Shown piece by piece: positions 37,956 to 51,576 of a stretch of 64,000 bases of DNA. A program made the translations under genes and the position numbers. The notes beneath the pieces were generated by a model that saw only the letters and a program-made list of their open reading frames with translations, had not been told where the DNA came from and did no database searches. Where the stretch lies: positions 2,576,453 through 2,640,452 of the forward strand of contig ML978122.1 in assembly GCA_010015805.1 (NCBI GenBank), given 5' to 3'. This DNA is from Rhizodiscina lignyota (Eukaryota). Within the stretch, counting starts at the first letter, position 1; the number at the start of each line of letters is the position of its first letter.

Positions 37956-39224
37956 TTATGGTTGTACATCAGAAACCGCGACACCCAGTTCACTGTCGCC
38001 TTGTCCATAATACAGATACCACTTTCCCTTGAACTGTACAAGCCCCTCCGAGAAGACCACGAGATCGACCTGTCCCGAGACTTCATTGTCGGCGTCCGGC
38101 CACAGCAATGGCCTTTCAAGTCTCGCAATCGGTCCATCCCTTAATGCAGGCTGATACTGTCCATCAGGCACATCCACATTCGGCCGGAAAGCCCCACTTG
38201 GATCAATCAACGTCTGTCCCGTCGAGTACTGGCTCTTGTTATACCCGGCAGTGCCCAAGCTGGCGCCATTGTAGATGAGAATCCAGCGGCCGTCACGGGT
38301 TTTGATCGGTGCGGGACCAGGCTCAATTAGACGATTCTCCCAGGGATGGATCCTGTCCATGAAAGGCTGTTCTGAAGGAGAAGCGGTCCAATTGAGCAAG
38401 TCTGGAGAAGTGGCATGGAATATGGAAGAGTCGCCAAAGTACATGTGGTAAAGACCATCTGGAGTGGGCTCGGTGATGATGGCGCCTGACTTTGTCCAGT
38501 TGAAGCGCATCATGGCCATGCCTATCCTGTTGTACGAAAGGTCGTACCAGTTGGGGAAGAGTGGCGGATACTTCTTCCAGTTTAAGAGGTCAGTGGACGT
38601 AGCCAAACAGAGCCGGGCTGTGGAATTATCGTATGCAGTGTAGGTAAGATAGAAAATGCCATTGATGCGCACTATCCGGGGATCCTCTGTCCCACCGACG
38701 CGTTCCCAGGGTTCGGTAGCGTACACGATAGGTAGGTTGAGACGAGTGAAAGAAACACCATCGGTGGACCACGCAAGACCGATTGAAGACGTTTTACTGG
38801 CATTCTGGGCGCGGTAGAGCAGGAATATCGTTTCATTGAGCACTATAGCGGTCGGATTGTAGATATACGCAGACTCCCAGTCGTGGTCAGGATTTGTAGT
38901 CAAGATAGGATTACTTGGATGTTTGTTGAAAGGGAGTATCGGATATACTGGTGGTATGTAATTCGGGTCGCCATCGGGCGTGTCCTTACTGATAGGGAAT
39001 GGTAGCTTCCTTGCGACAGTGGCATCTACTGGAGGCCGGACTACTGGAGTTGGTTGTGCCGATATCTTCGGCCTTGATGTTGATGGTGGCAATGCCGTGA
39101 AAACTGGTGCCTGAGCGATCTCCGGGCCCTTCGTATTTGGTAGGTAAAGAACACATAAGAGGGCGGTCAACGCCACGAACGAACAGAAAATCGCAAGAAG
39201 CGGCCTATGTTGAGCCCATGACAT
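37956..39224 (-). CDS. Glycoside hydrolase family 130-like beta-mannoside enzyme with N-terminal TM/signal anchor
   Basis: YNPTAI, LYRAQ, IGLAWSTDG, GGTEDPRIV, KSGAI, EPGPAPI, VVFSEGL, YYGQGDS. Confidence 0.8.
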   Translation of the reverse strand: MSWAQHRPLLAIFCSFVALTALLCVLYLPNTKGPEIAQAPVFTALPPSTSRPKISAQPTPVVRPPVDATVARKLPFPISKDTPDGDPNYIPPVYPILPFNKHPSNPILTTNPDHDWESAYIYNPTAIVLNETIFLLYRAQNASKTSSIGLAWSTDGVSFTRLNLPIVYATEPWERVGGTEDPRIVRINGIFYLTYTAYDNSTARLCLATSTDLLNWKKYPPLFPNWYDLSYNRIGMAMMRFNWTKSGAIITEPTPDGLYHMYFGDSSIFHATSPDLLNWTASPSEQPFMDRIHPWENRLIEPGPAPIKTRDGRWILIYNGASLGTAGYNKSQYSTGQTLIDPSGAFRPNVDVPDGQYQPALRDGPIARLERPLLWPDADNEVSGQVDLVVFSEGLVQFKGKWYLYYGQGDSELGVAVSDVQP

Positions 39225-39913
39225 ATCGTCTCTATGGCTCGGTAGACATGCCAAGTTGTACCAGGTGTAAGAGCGATTGAGGTGGCTGAAGGTTGGAGTG
39301 ATGGACTTACGCAAGCCGCGCGCCAATCTCAAAGCAGCGGGGCCGATCTTCGACCTCCACCGTTCCCGTCAGCACTTCATGCAGCATCATCACCTCCATA
39401 TTCAAATGCCTCTGCAAAGCTTCCACCGAATGCTAGTCTTGTACAATAGAACTGTGGGATGTAGAGTGAAATTGCTGTCATTAATCATGGCTATACCGGG
39501 CGCACACCAGACTTCTCCTCGATAGCTCAATATGTATTGATTCTCTTGCATATCGTGCCTGTAGCTTTTTACGTCCGTGATCGGATCGCCTTTTTGATAT
39601 TTTCTGTCACAAAGGACTGTGAAAGAGATGGAATATTCCATACCGCTCCCGCGGACGAGTGTTTGCTGCTCTAAACTTGTTGATGTCATCTGCATCAAGC
39701 AGACACCCTCTTATTGTCACGACTCCGAGACATTTGGTGCCGTCAAGAACTTCCTTGAAGTAGCAAGCGACTAGCAAACCGATTGCACTTAATAATAAAG
39801 CTGTTCCATGGCTTTTATAAACACTTACCTGACACCGGCATATTCATTCCTCTCACCTACGAAGTGTTCGAAATTGGCAGTGTTCGTTGGGAACCCACTC
39901 ATTTTTAACACCA

Positions 39914-40652
39914 ATGCCAGCTACAGGTTTAAACCCGACGAGATCTCGTACTTCCAGTCGCGACGGCAGCAGGGGCAGCGACAGGGTGACAGCACCCGCG
40001 TCACCGCAAGTACCGTATGACTTCATCAACGAGTACCGACGATGCGTCGTGTACTTTTTCCGAACTATGGACCTGACTGAGTATGACGTTAGAGTTGCGT
40101 TAAGGGGAATCGCTTTCGTTGCTGGCGGGTACCTTCCAGGCAATAATGCGGCGGAATGCGCGGAGATACTGCGTGATACCTGGATGGACCGAACCTGGGG
40201 CTCATTACTTGACTCTCAAGAATTTCTACAATCTGTAAGTATGAACCTAAGTGCATAATATGTTCGAAACTTATACGTGGCAGATGTACACAGCCATGAG
40301 GGACAACGACGCCGATCCCGCCAATGTGCCAGTGAAGAGAATGAGCCCAAGGCAGTTGAAGGACTTCTGGCAGTCACACGGAAGAGGCGACATAATCCAT
40401 ACGGTACTTGCACCTTTTGATACCATCATCGACACGAATGCGATTCAGAATTCTGAAATATGGTCGACTTATATCCACATGCTTTACGAGGCATCGTGGC
40501 CATTTCTGCAGCTGTGCATCAATGGATCTCTGCTTGGCCCACTCAAAGGCAAGCAGATGATGTTCAAAATGATCAAGACGGCAGCTGAAGACTTCGGGGA
40601 AAGACCGTCCGCTTTATCCGTGCCGGTGTTGATCGAAAGGCTGTGGCTGTGA
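39914..40652 (+). CDS. Hypothetical protein (paralogue of 57821-58491)
   Basis: Two exons joined by a phase-0 GTAAGT...CAG intron (~40235-40283); homology to the 57.8-58.5 kb gene supports coding status. Confidence 0.7.
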
Positions 40653-41115
40653 GTTAAATGGATTATTACGGTATTGGCAAATACATTTTGTGAACACACA
40701 CCGTGTCACACAATTGGAGTTCTTGCTTAAGTTATGATACCCTGGGTTGTCGGAGTTAATATGAGGGGGGTTGGTTCACAAATGGACGCTCAATACAACC
40801 GACATTGAGTCTGAGATAACTCTCTCTGTGACAGGAAAAGGAAGTTAGACATCTTCTGGCACAGGATCTGGTAGCAATATCGAATAATACAACTTTATCT
40901 GGTTACATAAACCGCTGGAAATAGTCCAAGTGTCGAGAAGCGGCTGAGCTGGTTTCCATCCTCCTCGAACGTTTTGTTGTACAACAGTGCGACCCTGTGA
41001 ATAGTCTGCGCAAATTTAGCGAACGCAAGATGCATCGATGCTGTAGCGATTTTCGATCCTTCGATAGCTTTTGTGTCCCAATTGTTTTTTCCCTTGCATA
41101 ATATACATTTCGAAC

Positions 41116-43916
41116 TCACCACAGCTCACAGACGGGCTTCTTCTGCTTGCACTTGAAGCTCTCCTTGAACTCTCTCGAATTTGCCATAGTGCCCAGGATT
41201 CTCGCCCATTTCGGCGCATGCGGATCGGTGTAGATACGATCGATTGCGGTCTCCTTCCTCGACTTGCCGCACCACCAGTTCGAATAGCTTACGAAGAAGA
41301 GCTGCTCTTTGGTGAAGAAATCCAAGCCTGGCAAGTCTTGACTGGGCTTTTGCTTCTCTCGCATTTGCCAAACTTGGAATGAAGCTGATAGGCCTCCCGC
41401 ATCTGCTATGTTCTCGCCTAGGGTAAGACGGCCATTGACGTGCAGTGGCTTGTCATCAGGCCCAGGAACAGTGTAGTTGCCGTACTGTTCGACAAAGCAG
41501 TCGGCACGCTTCTGGAATGCTTTGACTGTAGAGTTTGTCCACCAGTCAGTGTAGTTGCCATTTTGGTCGTAGTGGCGACCAGTGCTATCGAATGCGTGAC
41601 TAAGTTCATGTCCGGCGACAGAACCGAAAGCGCCGTAAGACACGTATGCTGGTGTATTAACGTCAAAGACCGGGAACTGCATAATCCCTGCGGGGAAGAC
41701 GATCTCGTTGCCAGGAGGGTTGTAATACGCATTGACCTATGTGAATGTTAGCACGGCACATGCTTTCATGCTGGGACTTAAGCCACTAACGGTCGGGACA
41801 GTCATGCCCCATTCATTCCTGTCCACAGGTTTTCCAAGAGCAGACCATTCCCGTATAACTTCAACTTGTCGCATGGAGAGGGCGTTGGCAAAGTATTTTG
41901 ATGAGTCTACCTTCACGGACTTGTAGTATTCGCTGACGCTTCCTGGGTCCATAATGTCCGGGCTCTTGGTAGGATAGCCGATCTTCTGAACGATGTTGTG
42001 GACCTTATCAATGGCCTTCGCGATCACGTCTTCCTCCATCCACTTTGTTGCTTTCAGTTTCTTCGCGAATTGGCCTTTGATGTCTGATACGATTCGGTCG
42101 CCAAAGTCTTTGGCTTTGGCGGAGAATGCCTTCTCGACGAAGAATCGGCTTAGAATCCAACCAACTCCGTCATCAACATGGTTAACACAGGTTCGCCAGC
42201 GCTCGGGAGCGGAATCAGGATCCTTATGAAAATCAGCAAACCGAGCTCATGGAAGCTAATCAGCACCTGTACGTACCTTTCCTGCTAGTTCATTCTTGAA
42301 ACGGGTGAGCGGCTTGAGCGCGTCAGCTTCAATGTAAAGTGACAGCGACTGTATCGCTTTCCAGAAGAAGTAACCGCGCAAGACGTCTCTCGGAGTTCCT
42401 CCCAAGATGCTGGAAAGCTCTTTCATATATTTTGGTGACGTTATGATCAACTGGTCAACCTCGACTCTTGCCGGCGCCAAGGTCGTGATTATTCCGGCCA
42501 GATCAATCTGTGGCGCAAGTGTGGACGCTTCCTTAAGAGAATATGGATTATAAGTTTTCTGTTGGAGTGTCAGAATGTGGCATCCAGGGTTGTGTAGATG
42601 GTGAACGATAGCGCAATAGTAGCAGTTGCATTGAGCACCAGGAGAATACGTACAGTGACATCTTCTCGCTCTTGTGTGTCTGGAGATGCGGCGGCAAGCT
42701 TCTTTTCAAATTCAACAATATTTGAAGTGATGCCACAGTCGCGATCAGGGTGGAAGGCAGAACAGATCTGCGCCAATACACCCTCATATTTTTTGACCAG
42801 TTTCTCGTCTTCATATCGTTCCTTGGAAGGAAGACCGATTGTCCATGGCGGCGATAGAGAAACGACTACCGTATCAGGCGATTTGTCATCTGCGCCTGTA
42901 CCCGGAGCGATCAGGGCGGAGATTCCGTACTTGGCTAGAAGAAGGATGGTTTCTCTGAGATCTCCCTCAACGGGCTCCTCGGGGAATGCCTCCTCGACCT
43001 GACGCAAAACGTCCAATAAAGGGGCGACTCCTCGCTTCTTGATGGTGGTCTCATCGAGACAGGCATCGTATGCAGATTTCATGAGATCGAAGTTTTGCTC
43101 ATCGGCAGATCGACTCCGAGTTTGCAACCGCATTGGTGAAAAGTGTGAGTGTTTTGAATCCTTGGGATACGATGCCTCTAAGATATGTCTGAGGAGTAGC
43201 TGCGAGTTTTCCGACATAACTAGAATCGCGTAGTCAGAATTAACAGGAACAGCGTGCTGGAATGCTTTGCGACACAATGGCGACTATATTTGTACACTGG
43301 TTCGATGGCACGAATATGGCACAGGAATATCTTGAAGGTAGGCTCAGTGCGTGATACGGGATTCTTACTTGTACCGGTGAAGGCATCTCCCTGATCCTCT
43401 CGAAGGTCATGGCGATCTCTCCATCCTCCACAAACAAGCTCTTCAAAGTCCGTACAAGGATCGAGTTCCTTATAATTTGGCGATAGATTATACAAAATTT
43501 CAGATGAAGCGTGAATGCACTCGGCGGATAGACATGTATCCGACTTCGTCGTAAAAATTCCGAGACCTGGAACTGTAGTTTGTCAGTAACAATTTATGGA
43601 ATGTCACATCTGCAATATAGTGAGTCTTATGCGAATCACCAAAGATTTACGAAACGAGGAAGCCACGAAGAAAGAGACTCTCCAATCGCATCAAGCCGGC
43701 GGCGACCAACGCATCAGGCTGACATGGAACCATGCTCTCCTTCTACAATAGATGTGTATACGAGGGATATTACACACCTGCTGGAAGAAGATAATAAAAA
43801 ATCAAAGCAGTGCTAAGCAAACCCATCGTGAGTAGATGAGCTCTCGTTCGACTTCGCGTCTGCGGCCTGTACGGACGCTCCTCCACAAAGTGTGGAGAAG
43901 CCTTCTTTTCCGCCAT
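41116..43916 (-). CDS. Peptidase family M13 (neprilysin/endothelin-converting enzyme-like), type II membrane protein
   Basis: DPCTDF...CGGW, KIGYP, VNAYY, GHELSHAFD (HExxH), GENIAD, DPHAP, terminal CELW; N-terminal TM; multiple introns. Confidence 0.92.
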
Positions 43917-44286
43917 TGTCGGGACGGAACCGCTGGCACAGAGCAAATCGAGCAAAATTGAGAATGAAAATAGACACGTGGTATTAGTGCGAACAGCTGA
44001 AACGGTAAAGCTCAACGATTCACGCTGAGCATTGCAATTGTAATGTCGAGGAAGGAAGCGGACGGCCTGACATTGTTGATGAGACGGTTGCGGGGCAATG
44101 CAGTGTGGAGAAAGCTAACAATACGGCACATCCAAGTCAAACGTTTCGGAGCCCCCATGCTCCTTTCTCGTGACCCTGGTTAGTTCTAAGGCTCCTGCTC
44201 AGCCCTCTCCCCTTTACCACAAACCGTCTTCCACGCGTTTCTAATTTTCTGGAAATCCATCGCATCAAGTATGAAGCCTGTTCGAA

Positions 44287-45888
44287 ATGCCACCGAAGAC
44301 ACGGAATGGGAATACCAGATCCAGGGCTGGCTGCCGCACATGCAGGTAAGTGTGAGATCTCAACTCAGCCCTCGACGTCATGCGACGGCCATTGATTAAG
44401 GGGGACTGCAGAATCAGACGCGTCAAATGCGATGAACAAAAACCAAGCTGCCGGAGGTGTTCATCTACTGGAAGAGCCTGTGACTGGATTACGCAAAAGA
44501 CAAGCAAATCGACCAAAGATGTCACGGCATCTGCTTCAGCTCCACTCGTACTGCAAAAAGCGATCCTTGCGAAGATCCCAGCGGCGAAGTCGCTGGAACT
44601 CAGAGGCTTTGAATTTTTCATGTCAAGAACCGCGCCTGAGATGACATACTTCCACTCAGACTTTTGGCAACAACTCGTCCTCCAGCTTAGCCACTCAGAC
44701 TCTATGGTCCTCCGTGCAGCAATTGCCCTAGGTACTCTTCACGAAAATGAAGAGAGCTTAGGGATGGGCATATCGAAGGACAGAATGTATGACTCTCGCC
44801 ATCGTTTTGGAGTTGCTCAGTATAACGCCGCAATTTCTCTGCTCCTAAACAAGAGACTCGATGAAGACAGAGACGTTAAAGCAGCAACCCTTGCGACATG
44901 CTTGATTTTCGTTCATATCGAGCTGGTCCGCGGCAGATATGGTCCAGCTGTTGAACATATTCGTAGTGGGCTCAAGATTCTAAACATGAATCATAGCGAT
45001 GACTACATGCAGAGCTCTATACAGTCTGCTCTGGCGACGGCGTTCATGCGACTCGACTTACAGTGCGCCCATTTTGATGACGCTGGGACTGCCATTGAAT
45101 ACAACTACAACGATTTGGTCAGATACAAACAAACCGTTCCGCGCTCTGGCTTTGACCGACTCCATGTTGTTAAACAACAAGGCGACAAGTTGATCGGTAC
45201 GACGTTTAAATTCCTGAAAGTGTGTGAACATATTCGAGACGCGGATATTTCCATCGATGATCCGGCCTTCTTCGAGCGACAGAGAAACCTTCGCAGCTTT
45301 CATATAGCATATCGAAGCGAACTGGACTCTCTCATGTGTCACCCGGACATCATTATTAGCGAACGACACTGGCAGTCAGCGCTGCTGATGAAGATGCAAG
45401 TCATAGCATCGTACATCCAAGTGTCCGGAATATTGGCCAAAGACAAGGAGGTCGCCTACGATGAGCATGTCATTGACTTCACAGAGGTCGTAGCGCTTGC
45501 GGAAAAGTTTATACTCAGCTCTAGCGAATCCTCGGGCTTTCGAAAGCAGAGACAGACGTTGTCTGCGGACTGGGGAATTGTCCCGCCGCTCTTCCTTACC
45601 GCGATCAAATGCAGAGAACACTTCATACGTCGAAAAGCTGTAGCTCTACTTGAAGCATGGCCACATCGAGAAGGCTTTTGGGATTCTGCCCTTGCTGGCA
45701 AGTTTGCAAAGGAGCTTGTTGGAATCGAAGAAGCCGATGCGGCAATCCCGGGTGTGCCGCGAAGAGTCGTGCGGACAACCATTATCAATGCTGACATAGT
45801 GGAGGAGCAAACGCATTTTGTTTTGACTTTCAGCCGAATGAGGGATTCGATTCGGGGTCCGAAAGAGGCGTTGAGCGTCCCGATATGA
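44287..45888 (+). CDS. Zn(II)2Cys6 transcription factor
   Basis: CRTC|RIRRVKCDEQKPSCRRCSSTGRAC across a GTAAGT intron; FWQQLVLQLSH...AAIALG, WPHREGFWDS. Confidence 0.9.
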
Positions 45889-46457
45889 CAAAGGGCTACT
45901 TCTTAACTAGATAACACAAGGTTTCTAGCTTTCATGAGAGTCTGGAGAGATGACTGATTCTCAGTTGGAAGGTCCCAGCTGGTAATCGCTTGAGTTTGTG
46001 TATACGGATATTGCAGGAACATCGCCACTGCTAGTCGTATGCTGGATCTGGGGTTGGATAAACAGGATATTTATCAGCGGTACTAGGACTTTGGAAGTAA
46101 CTATACAAAGAAGAACGATGATTTTGGGGTAAGTACCAAAGTAATCGAAGTTGCGCACTGTAAGGTGACACATATCAGGGCCGAATAGATGTCAATGATG
46201 GTGAGCCAATCACTGAGTTCTCTTCTTGCGCTGTCTTTTCTTCCTCTGCTACTGTACATGTGGAGAGCGCGACTTGGAGCATCGGAAAGTATGCTCAATA
46301 GCGCCGCATTCATCTTTCATTCATAGAGCAAATCCGCCTCATATCCAGGCTGGGTGCTCACGTTCTGACGCATGGAGGTCATATGCACTGACCAAACCTG
46401 CCGAGCTGCTGTATTCAGAATAAACGTCCCGATTGTACTCAGTATCCAGCAAGTCCT

Positions 46458-47628
46458 TCAATCTATCTCTTCCAACTGCGCCGCCTGCTTCTTTGTCAAA
46501 GGCTTCTTCTTCTGTTGTCTGCTAGGATCGACCCTCTGCGCGCTAATAGCTTCAAGATACTCGGCGTTGGTCATCGATGCCGTGAGTTCTTCGGCATTAT
46601 CGCGGTCGGAAAGGAAAAGCGAGTCGTAGTACGCTTCGTACGCCTCAGCAGACTGGTACACTATTTAGCATAACAAAGTTCAACTGGGAGTATGGAAAAC
46701 TTGTTGTACTGACATCCTCATTGTGATATTGCAACTTGGTCCACGGTTCGTCTTTAGACTTTTGCAGAGAAGTCTGAAAGTGCCTGAAGGGACGGGCATC
46801 GGTTTGATCATTGTCCTTGATGTTCTCAAAAATCGTACGTGCTTGTTCAGTCCCCGCAGGTTCGGCGGGTCCACGTTCTGCCCTTCTGCGCGCGGCCTGG
46901 TCAAGTCGTGTCTGCGCATCGATGTGGTGGAACTGAGGCCTCATCTGCACAATACCATTGACAGCAGTGAGATGCAATTGATCTTGACAGCTTTGTCAGG
47001 GTAACTCAAATCTCCTAGGGCATTGTGAAGACCTGCCTTCTTTGAACGCGCCGAGCATGTATACTGGGTGGCCAGGCTCCTTCTTCACGATTTGTCCTCC
47101 TAGCGTCTGCTGGTCCAGCACGTGTCCCTTCTTAACGCTATCATCGAAATCCACCAGCAGGTGTTTGATGTCATCCTGCTCTTCTTCATCTTCGATAACC
47201 TCCATGTCGCCGTCCTCCACGCCGTCTGCCGTCTCCCTCTTCATATTTTTTCCTCCGCCCTTCTTTCCACGTCCGATACTTGAGAACCCACCTGAAACGC
47301 CAAAGCTTGACATTCCCTCATCTTTAGCCTGCCTCAATGCTTCACCCCACTTCACACCCTTCGATCGGTCGAAGTTGGTGAAGTGCACTGGCAAGTCCAC
47401 CTCGATGAAGCCGGACTCGGGCTTGAGGCGCATCTCGGAAGGAAAGGTATGACGCTTGAAGGTATCTCGGCGGGGGCGATTGGGATACTGGAAGAGGTAG
47501 AGCTGGCGCGTTTCGTCGGTTGGTGCGAGGTAGACGTCGTATTCTGCTACGACTGGATCGGCGTCGTTCTCTTCGTCACTTTGAGGCTCAAGATCAGGAG
47601 CCCGCACAGGCTCCGGCCAGGCTTCCAT
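46458..47628 (-). CDS. rpc5: RNA polymerase III subunit Rpc5/Rpc37 (Sin-like)
   Basis: DPVVAEYDVYL, LYLFQYPNR, MRLKPESGFIEVD, QTLGG, YMLGAF, LHLTAVNGIVQMRPQFHHID; two introns; 3' end approximate. Confidence 0.85.
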
Positions 47629-48153
47629 CTTGGAAGCTGCAGAAGGCAGGGTTATGGAGCGAGAATATCACCCATGCCACTGACAGTGCGAGCTTGATGG
47701 GATGTCAGTCGTAGAATTTTCGAGGAATTAAGCTCTCTTATCCTATCGATAGCGGGGATATCTCGGCAAATCCAGTCGCGTGGCAGGGGTGGCGCGTGCG
47801 CGGTCGCGTCGCGATCGTCTTGATCTACGAGAAGAGACGTTCCTCTTTCACTCTTGTCTGCCTCCTGTCCAATTCCTCATTCACATAGTAGAGAAGCCTT
47901 CTAATGATTCAGCTGTGATCACTATGTGAGAGCTTGGATGACTCTTCACAATGAAGTTTCATTTTATTAAGTCGATATTGGTCACCAGGTTGGGACGACC
48001 ACACAGCATTCTCTGCATCAGCACTTACACTCTTGCAGTTGGGAGTGAGCCACTCTAACATCGTGGTCTTAAATGGATTAATACTACTAATTTGACAGAT
48101 CGCGGAGATGCATATCTGAATTTGTCTCACTGTCTACTCCAACTGAACGTCGC

Positions 48154-49452
48154 TCAAAGCCTTCCTCTATTCACCGGCCTGATCTCGAAACCAATCCTTG
48201 GAAAATGGATATTCACCGGTACTCGGGCTGGGATATCGAGCTCCTCCGGTTTTATCACGATCTCTTCCGTTGATATTGCCAGGAGCGTTCCTAGCGTAGG
48301 ACTCTCACGCCCAGTGTCGTCTGGTGCAATCGAGACAAGCGTGCCAGGTGTGAGTTGATTCGCTTCGTCTAGCTCCTGCATTGGTGGCGCACCGGTGGGA
48401 AGCATTTTCGGGGGGTTCGAAGGCCCTTCGTACGATTTGAGAGTTGCAAGAACTGCACTCGGGTCGGCAACCTTTGTTTCGGTCAGAGGAAGGTTGTCAA
48501 TGTGATCCTTGAACCTCTTGAACCACCTCGAAAGGCCGGGATAGCGCCGGTCATTAAAGAACGCCTCGAGTCCGTCGAGATTCGTATCTTCCAACTCGCC
48601 TCCCGAGAGATTAGCCAGGCCACGGCCCACAGCCATGTCATTGCCCCAGTTCAGTTGGTAATGCAAAGCTACGTCTGCGAGAGAAGGTGTTGGCGCAGAG
48701 AATACCCAGTCGCCGCCCGAGTGGAAGAGCGGCTCCAGAATGGACAGGTGCATGTCCAGCTTTGACTTGTTGCTTGTTACTTTTGCTCCGAGCTTCGCCG
48801 GATCCAACTTGTGGCCAATGAGGTTGGCCCGATCGACACCAAACTGACTGTTCCATACGGTCGGCGGAATGAGGCCAGTAGTCACGCGGAAGAATGGGCG
48901 CTGACTTGTGTTAGCTGCATGCGTTTGAATGAGATTGCTCGGGATGCCATACGTCGGTCCAGTACGAGGCAAAGCCACGAATGATTGGTCTGTAGTCTCG
49001 ACCATCTGCAGCGCGAGGATACAGTGAATGGTAGCCTTCAGAGAAGAAGTGCTCCAACGCTTCTATGATCAGGGAGGTATCAATATACAACTAAGAGTTT
49101 GACATCAGCGTTCTGTTGGCATCTAATTCTCAGTATGAGAGATATACTTCTCTTCCAATCAAAAGCACTGGGATCTTTCGATATGTCAAGTTGAAATTAT
49201 CCTTCAAGACTGGACGCGGCATCATTGACGGAACGGTCACATAAGCTGTGGGCTATGAGCATCTGAATGTTTGAGTCTTGAACAACGTCAACATACTATA
49301 GGGTATTTGCTTTATTCTGAGGCACAATCGAACCTTCTGAGTGAACACAGAGGCTTTCTTGATGTTAGCATCAGTGTATAATTTGAGAAAGATGTCTGAT
49401 TGGCCCCACAGTCATAGCCGAAAAGTACCACGGGCGGTGTTGAAGATGCCAT
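48154..49452 (-). CDS. Glutathione S-transferase-like protein
   Basis: Start PPVVLFGY, later PRP...YRKIPVL, YIDTSLIIEALE, PSLADVAL, VSIAPDDTGRE, HFPRIGF; several introns. Confidence 0.8.
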
Positions 49453-49768
49453 ACTGTTCAAAAGACTTGAAGATCAATTTCAGAATTAAAAAGAATTTGG
49501 CTTGAAATCGTGTACGGATTAGAAACGGATTTTCTTTCTGATATATCAATTTGGCAGTCGTTTGATGCCACAAAGCAGTAGAATGTACAAGTCTTGGTGA
49601 CCCCGCATAAGTTCTGGTAAGCCGAGCGGTTTGAATCGGGTCGGCCGGGTGGGTCTACTCTAAGAACCAAAAATGTTCACGAAACGAGATGGAATAATAA
49701 ATTTACAGGGAGTAATACGGATATCTGTGAGTCAAATGCGCTTCCATATGTCCTACCTCGGTCAATGC

Positions 49769-50830
49769 TTACTTAATCTCCCAAGCAGCGCCCTATTGTC
49801 AATCAAAAGTTAGAGACGGAACAGTTCGAACCAATCCAAAAGACTTACGCTTGATATCTGCTTGAGATGTCTCATCATCCGTTCCGTGGGCTCTTTACCG
49901 AGCCAATCTGGCATTGTCCTAACGATACCGTCCTCAATCTCCCAACCATTGCTATCCTCGACATACACAGCCTTGCCGTTCCAATCGTCTTTAGTTAACA
50001 AGCCGACAACAACTTTCGCGACATCATCAGCGCTATTAATTGCCTGTCCAGACTTTCGGAAGTCATTGATAATAGCTGCAGTCATGTCTGTGTCTGTGAC
50101 ACCAGGGCAAACAGCGTTGATGCGTGTTCCTTCCCGAGGATATATAACCTTTCGAAGGGAACGCATCAGACCCAATACCGCATGTTTTGTGGCCTACACC
50201 TTATTAGCTCTCATGGACCGTGAGCAGGTCGTTGCAATGACAAACCTGATACGTGGGCAGGCCCGGACTTTCACGGAATCCCGCTGCGCTTGCGATCAGA
50301 CATACGCTCTTGTCTTCTCCTGACTTCTTGTTGTGTCTCAAGAATACCGTTGCGATTCGTGTGAAGTACAGAACACCGATAAGGTTTACTCTAATAACGG
50401 CTTCCGTCTCTGGCTGCTCAAGCTCTTTCGAGTCGATAGTCAGCGTCGGATCGAACCATTTGCCCTTCTCGATGATGCCGGCGCATGGAATGCCGTGATC
50501 AACCCGGCCGTACTTGTCTATTGCCGTGCGGAATAGCTTCAAATTGTCTGCGTAATTCGTAACATCTGTTGGAAGGAATGTAACGTCTTTCGAGTTGAGT
50601 TCCGAGGTGAGCTTTTCGGCTGCGTCTTTGTTGACATCACCAAAGATTACGTTGGCTCCAGCGTTGGCCAGTATACGGACGGTTGCAGCACCGATGCCAG
50701 TTGCGCCTCCTGTATACACTGATAAGTAGCCGGACATCAAAAGTAGTAATGGTGAACAACCTGTCATAACCACCACCTTGCCCTTGAGCTTGCCAAACGC
50801 AGCATCGTCTGGCGTGTACTTGTTCGACAT
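49769..50830 (-). CDS. Short-chain dehydrogenase/reductase
   Basis: TGGATGIG, DVTNY, VNLIG, YQ|ATKH (YxxxK across an intron), RINAVCPG; three introns. Confidence 0.88.
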
Positions 50831-51576
50831 TTTGAAGACTGAATTGTTGCCCAAATAAATGACGTTGCGAACGGAATTGCGAAATATTATAAGGAATGCA
50901 ACTAGCTCCTTACGATGAACAGGATTCCTTCACGTTGTCTCATGCTTCCTGCCTACCGACGCGTTCTTATACATACGCGATCGATTACCTTGGAATACCG
51001 CGCCGAGTTCCCCGCACAGCATTGGAGCGAAATAACCCCACGCCGATACTCTACCTAGCTCCCTAAGCTCCGGCGTCTAACTTCCATGGCTTGTCAGACG
51101 CCGGAAACCGAAAGCCGTGCTTGTGGATACACTTCCAAGGAGTGTGATGGTCAGAGATGAAAAGGTGAAATATTTTACGCGTGTTCCCTGCGACGGTAGT
51201 AGATAATGTCGAACCGAGACCTGCAGTGCTCTGCATTTGCCATGTATGGCCTCTTCACCAAGATCTTAAGGGATTTTATGCAAGATTTCCATGAATACTG
51301 ATTAAAATATTCCCGAGATTGAAATAGGCAGCGGCGAGCTGTAGAAACTCTAGAATGTTACAGCTGGTCGGAATACAATAGAGTACGATACATACTCCGT
51401 AAGGAGTGTCGTATCTCTGCCCCAAATACACCATGTTTCAAGTCGCTCTACGATCAGGATGCAGCAGTCTACAAGGCTGAAACTAAAAATTTCAGCAGTA
51501 AAGTTCCAGCCTCGCATAAGGTTGAATTACCTCCTTACATGTCGAATAGTCTCAGGAAAAATCAGAGATTGCCAGC

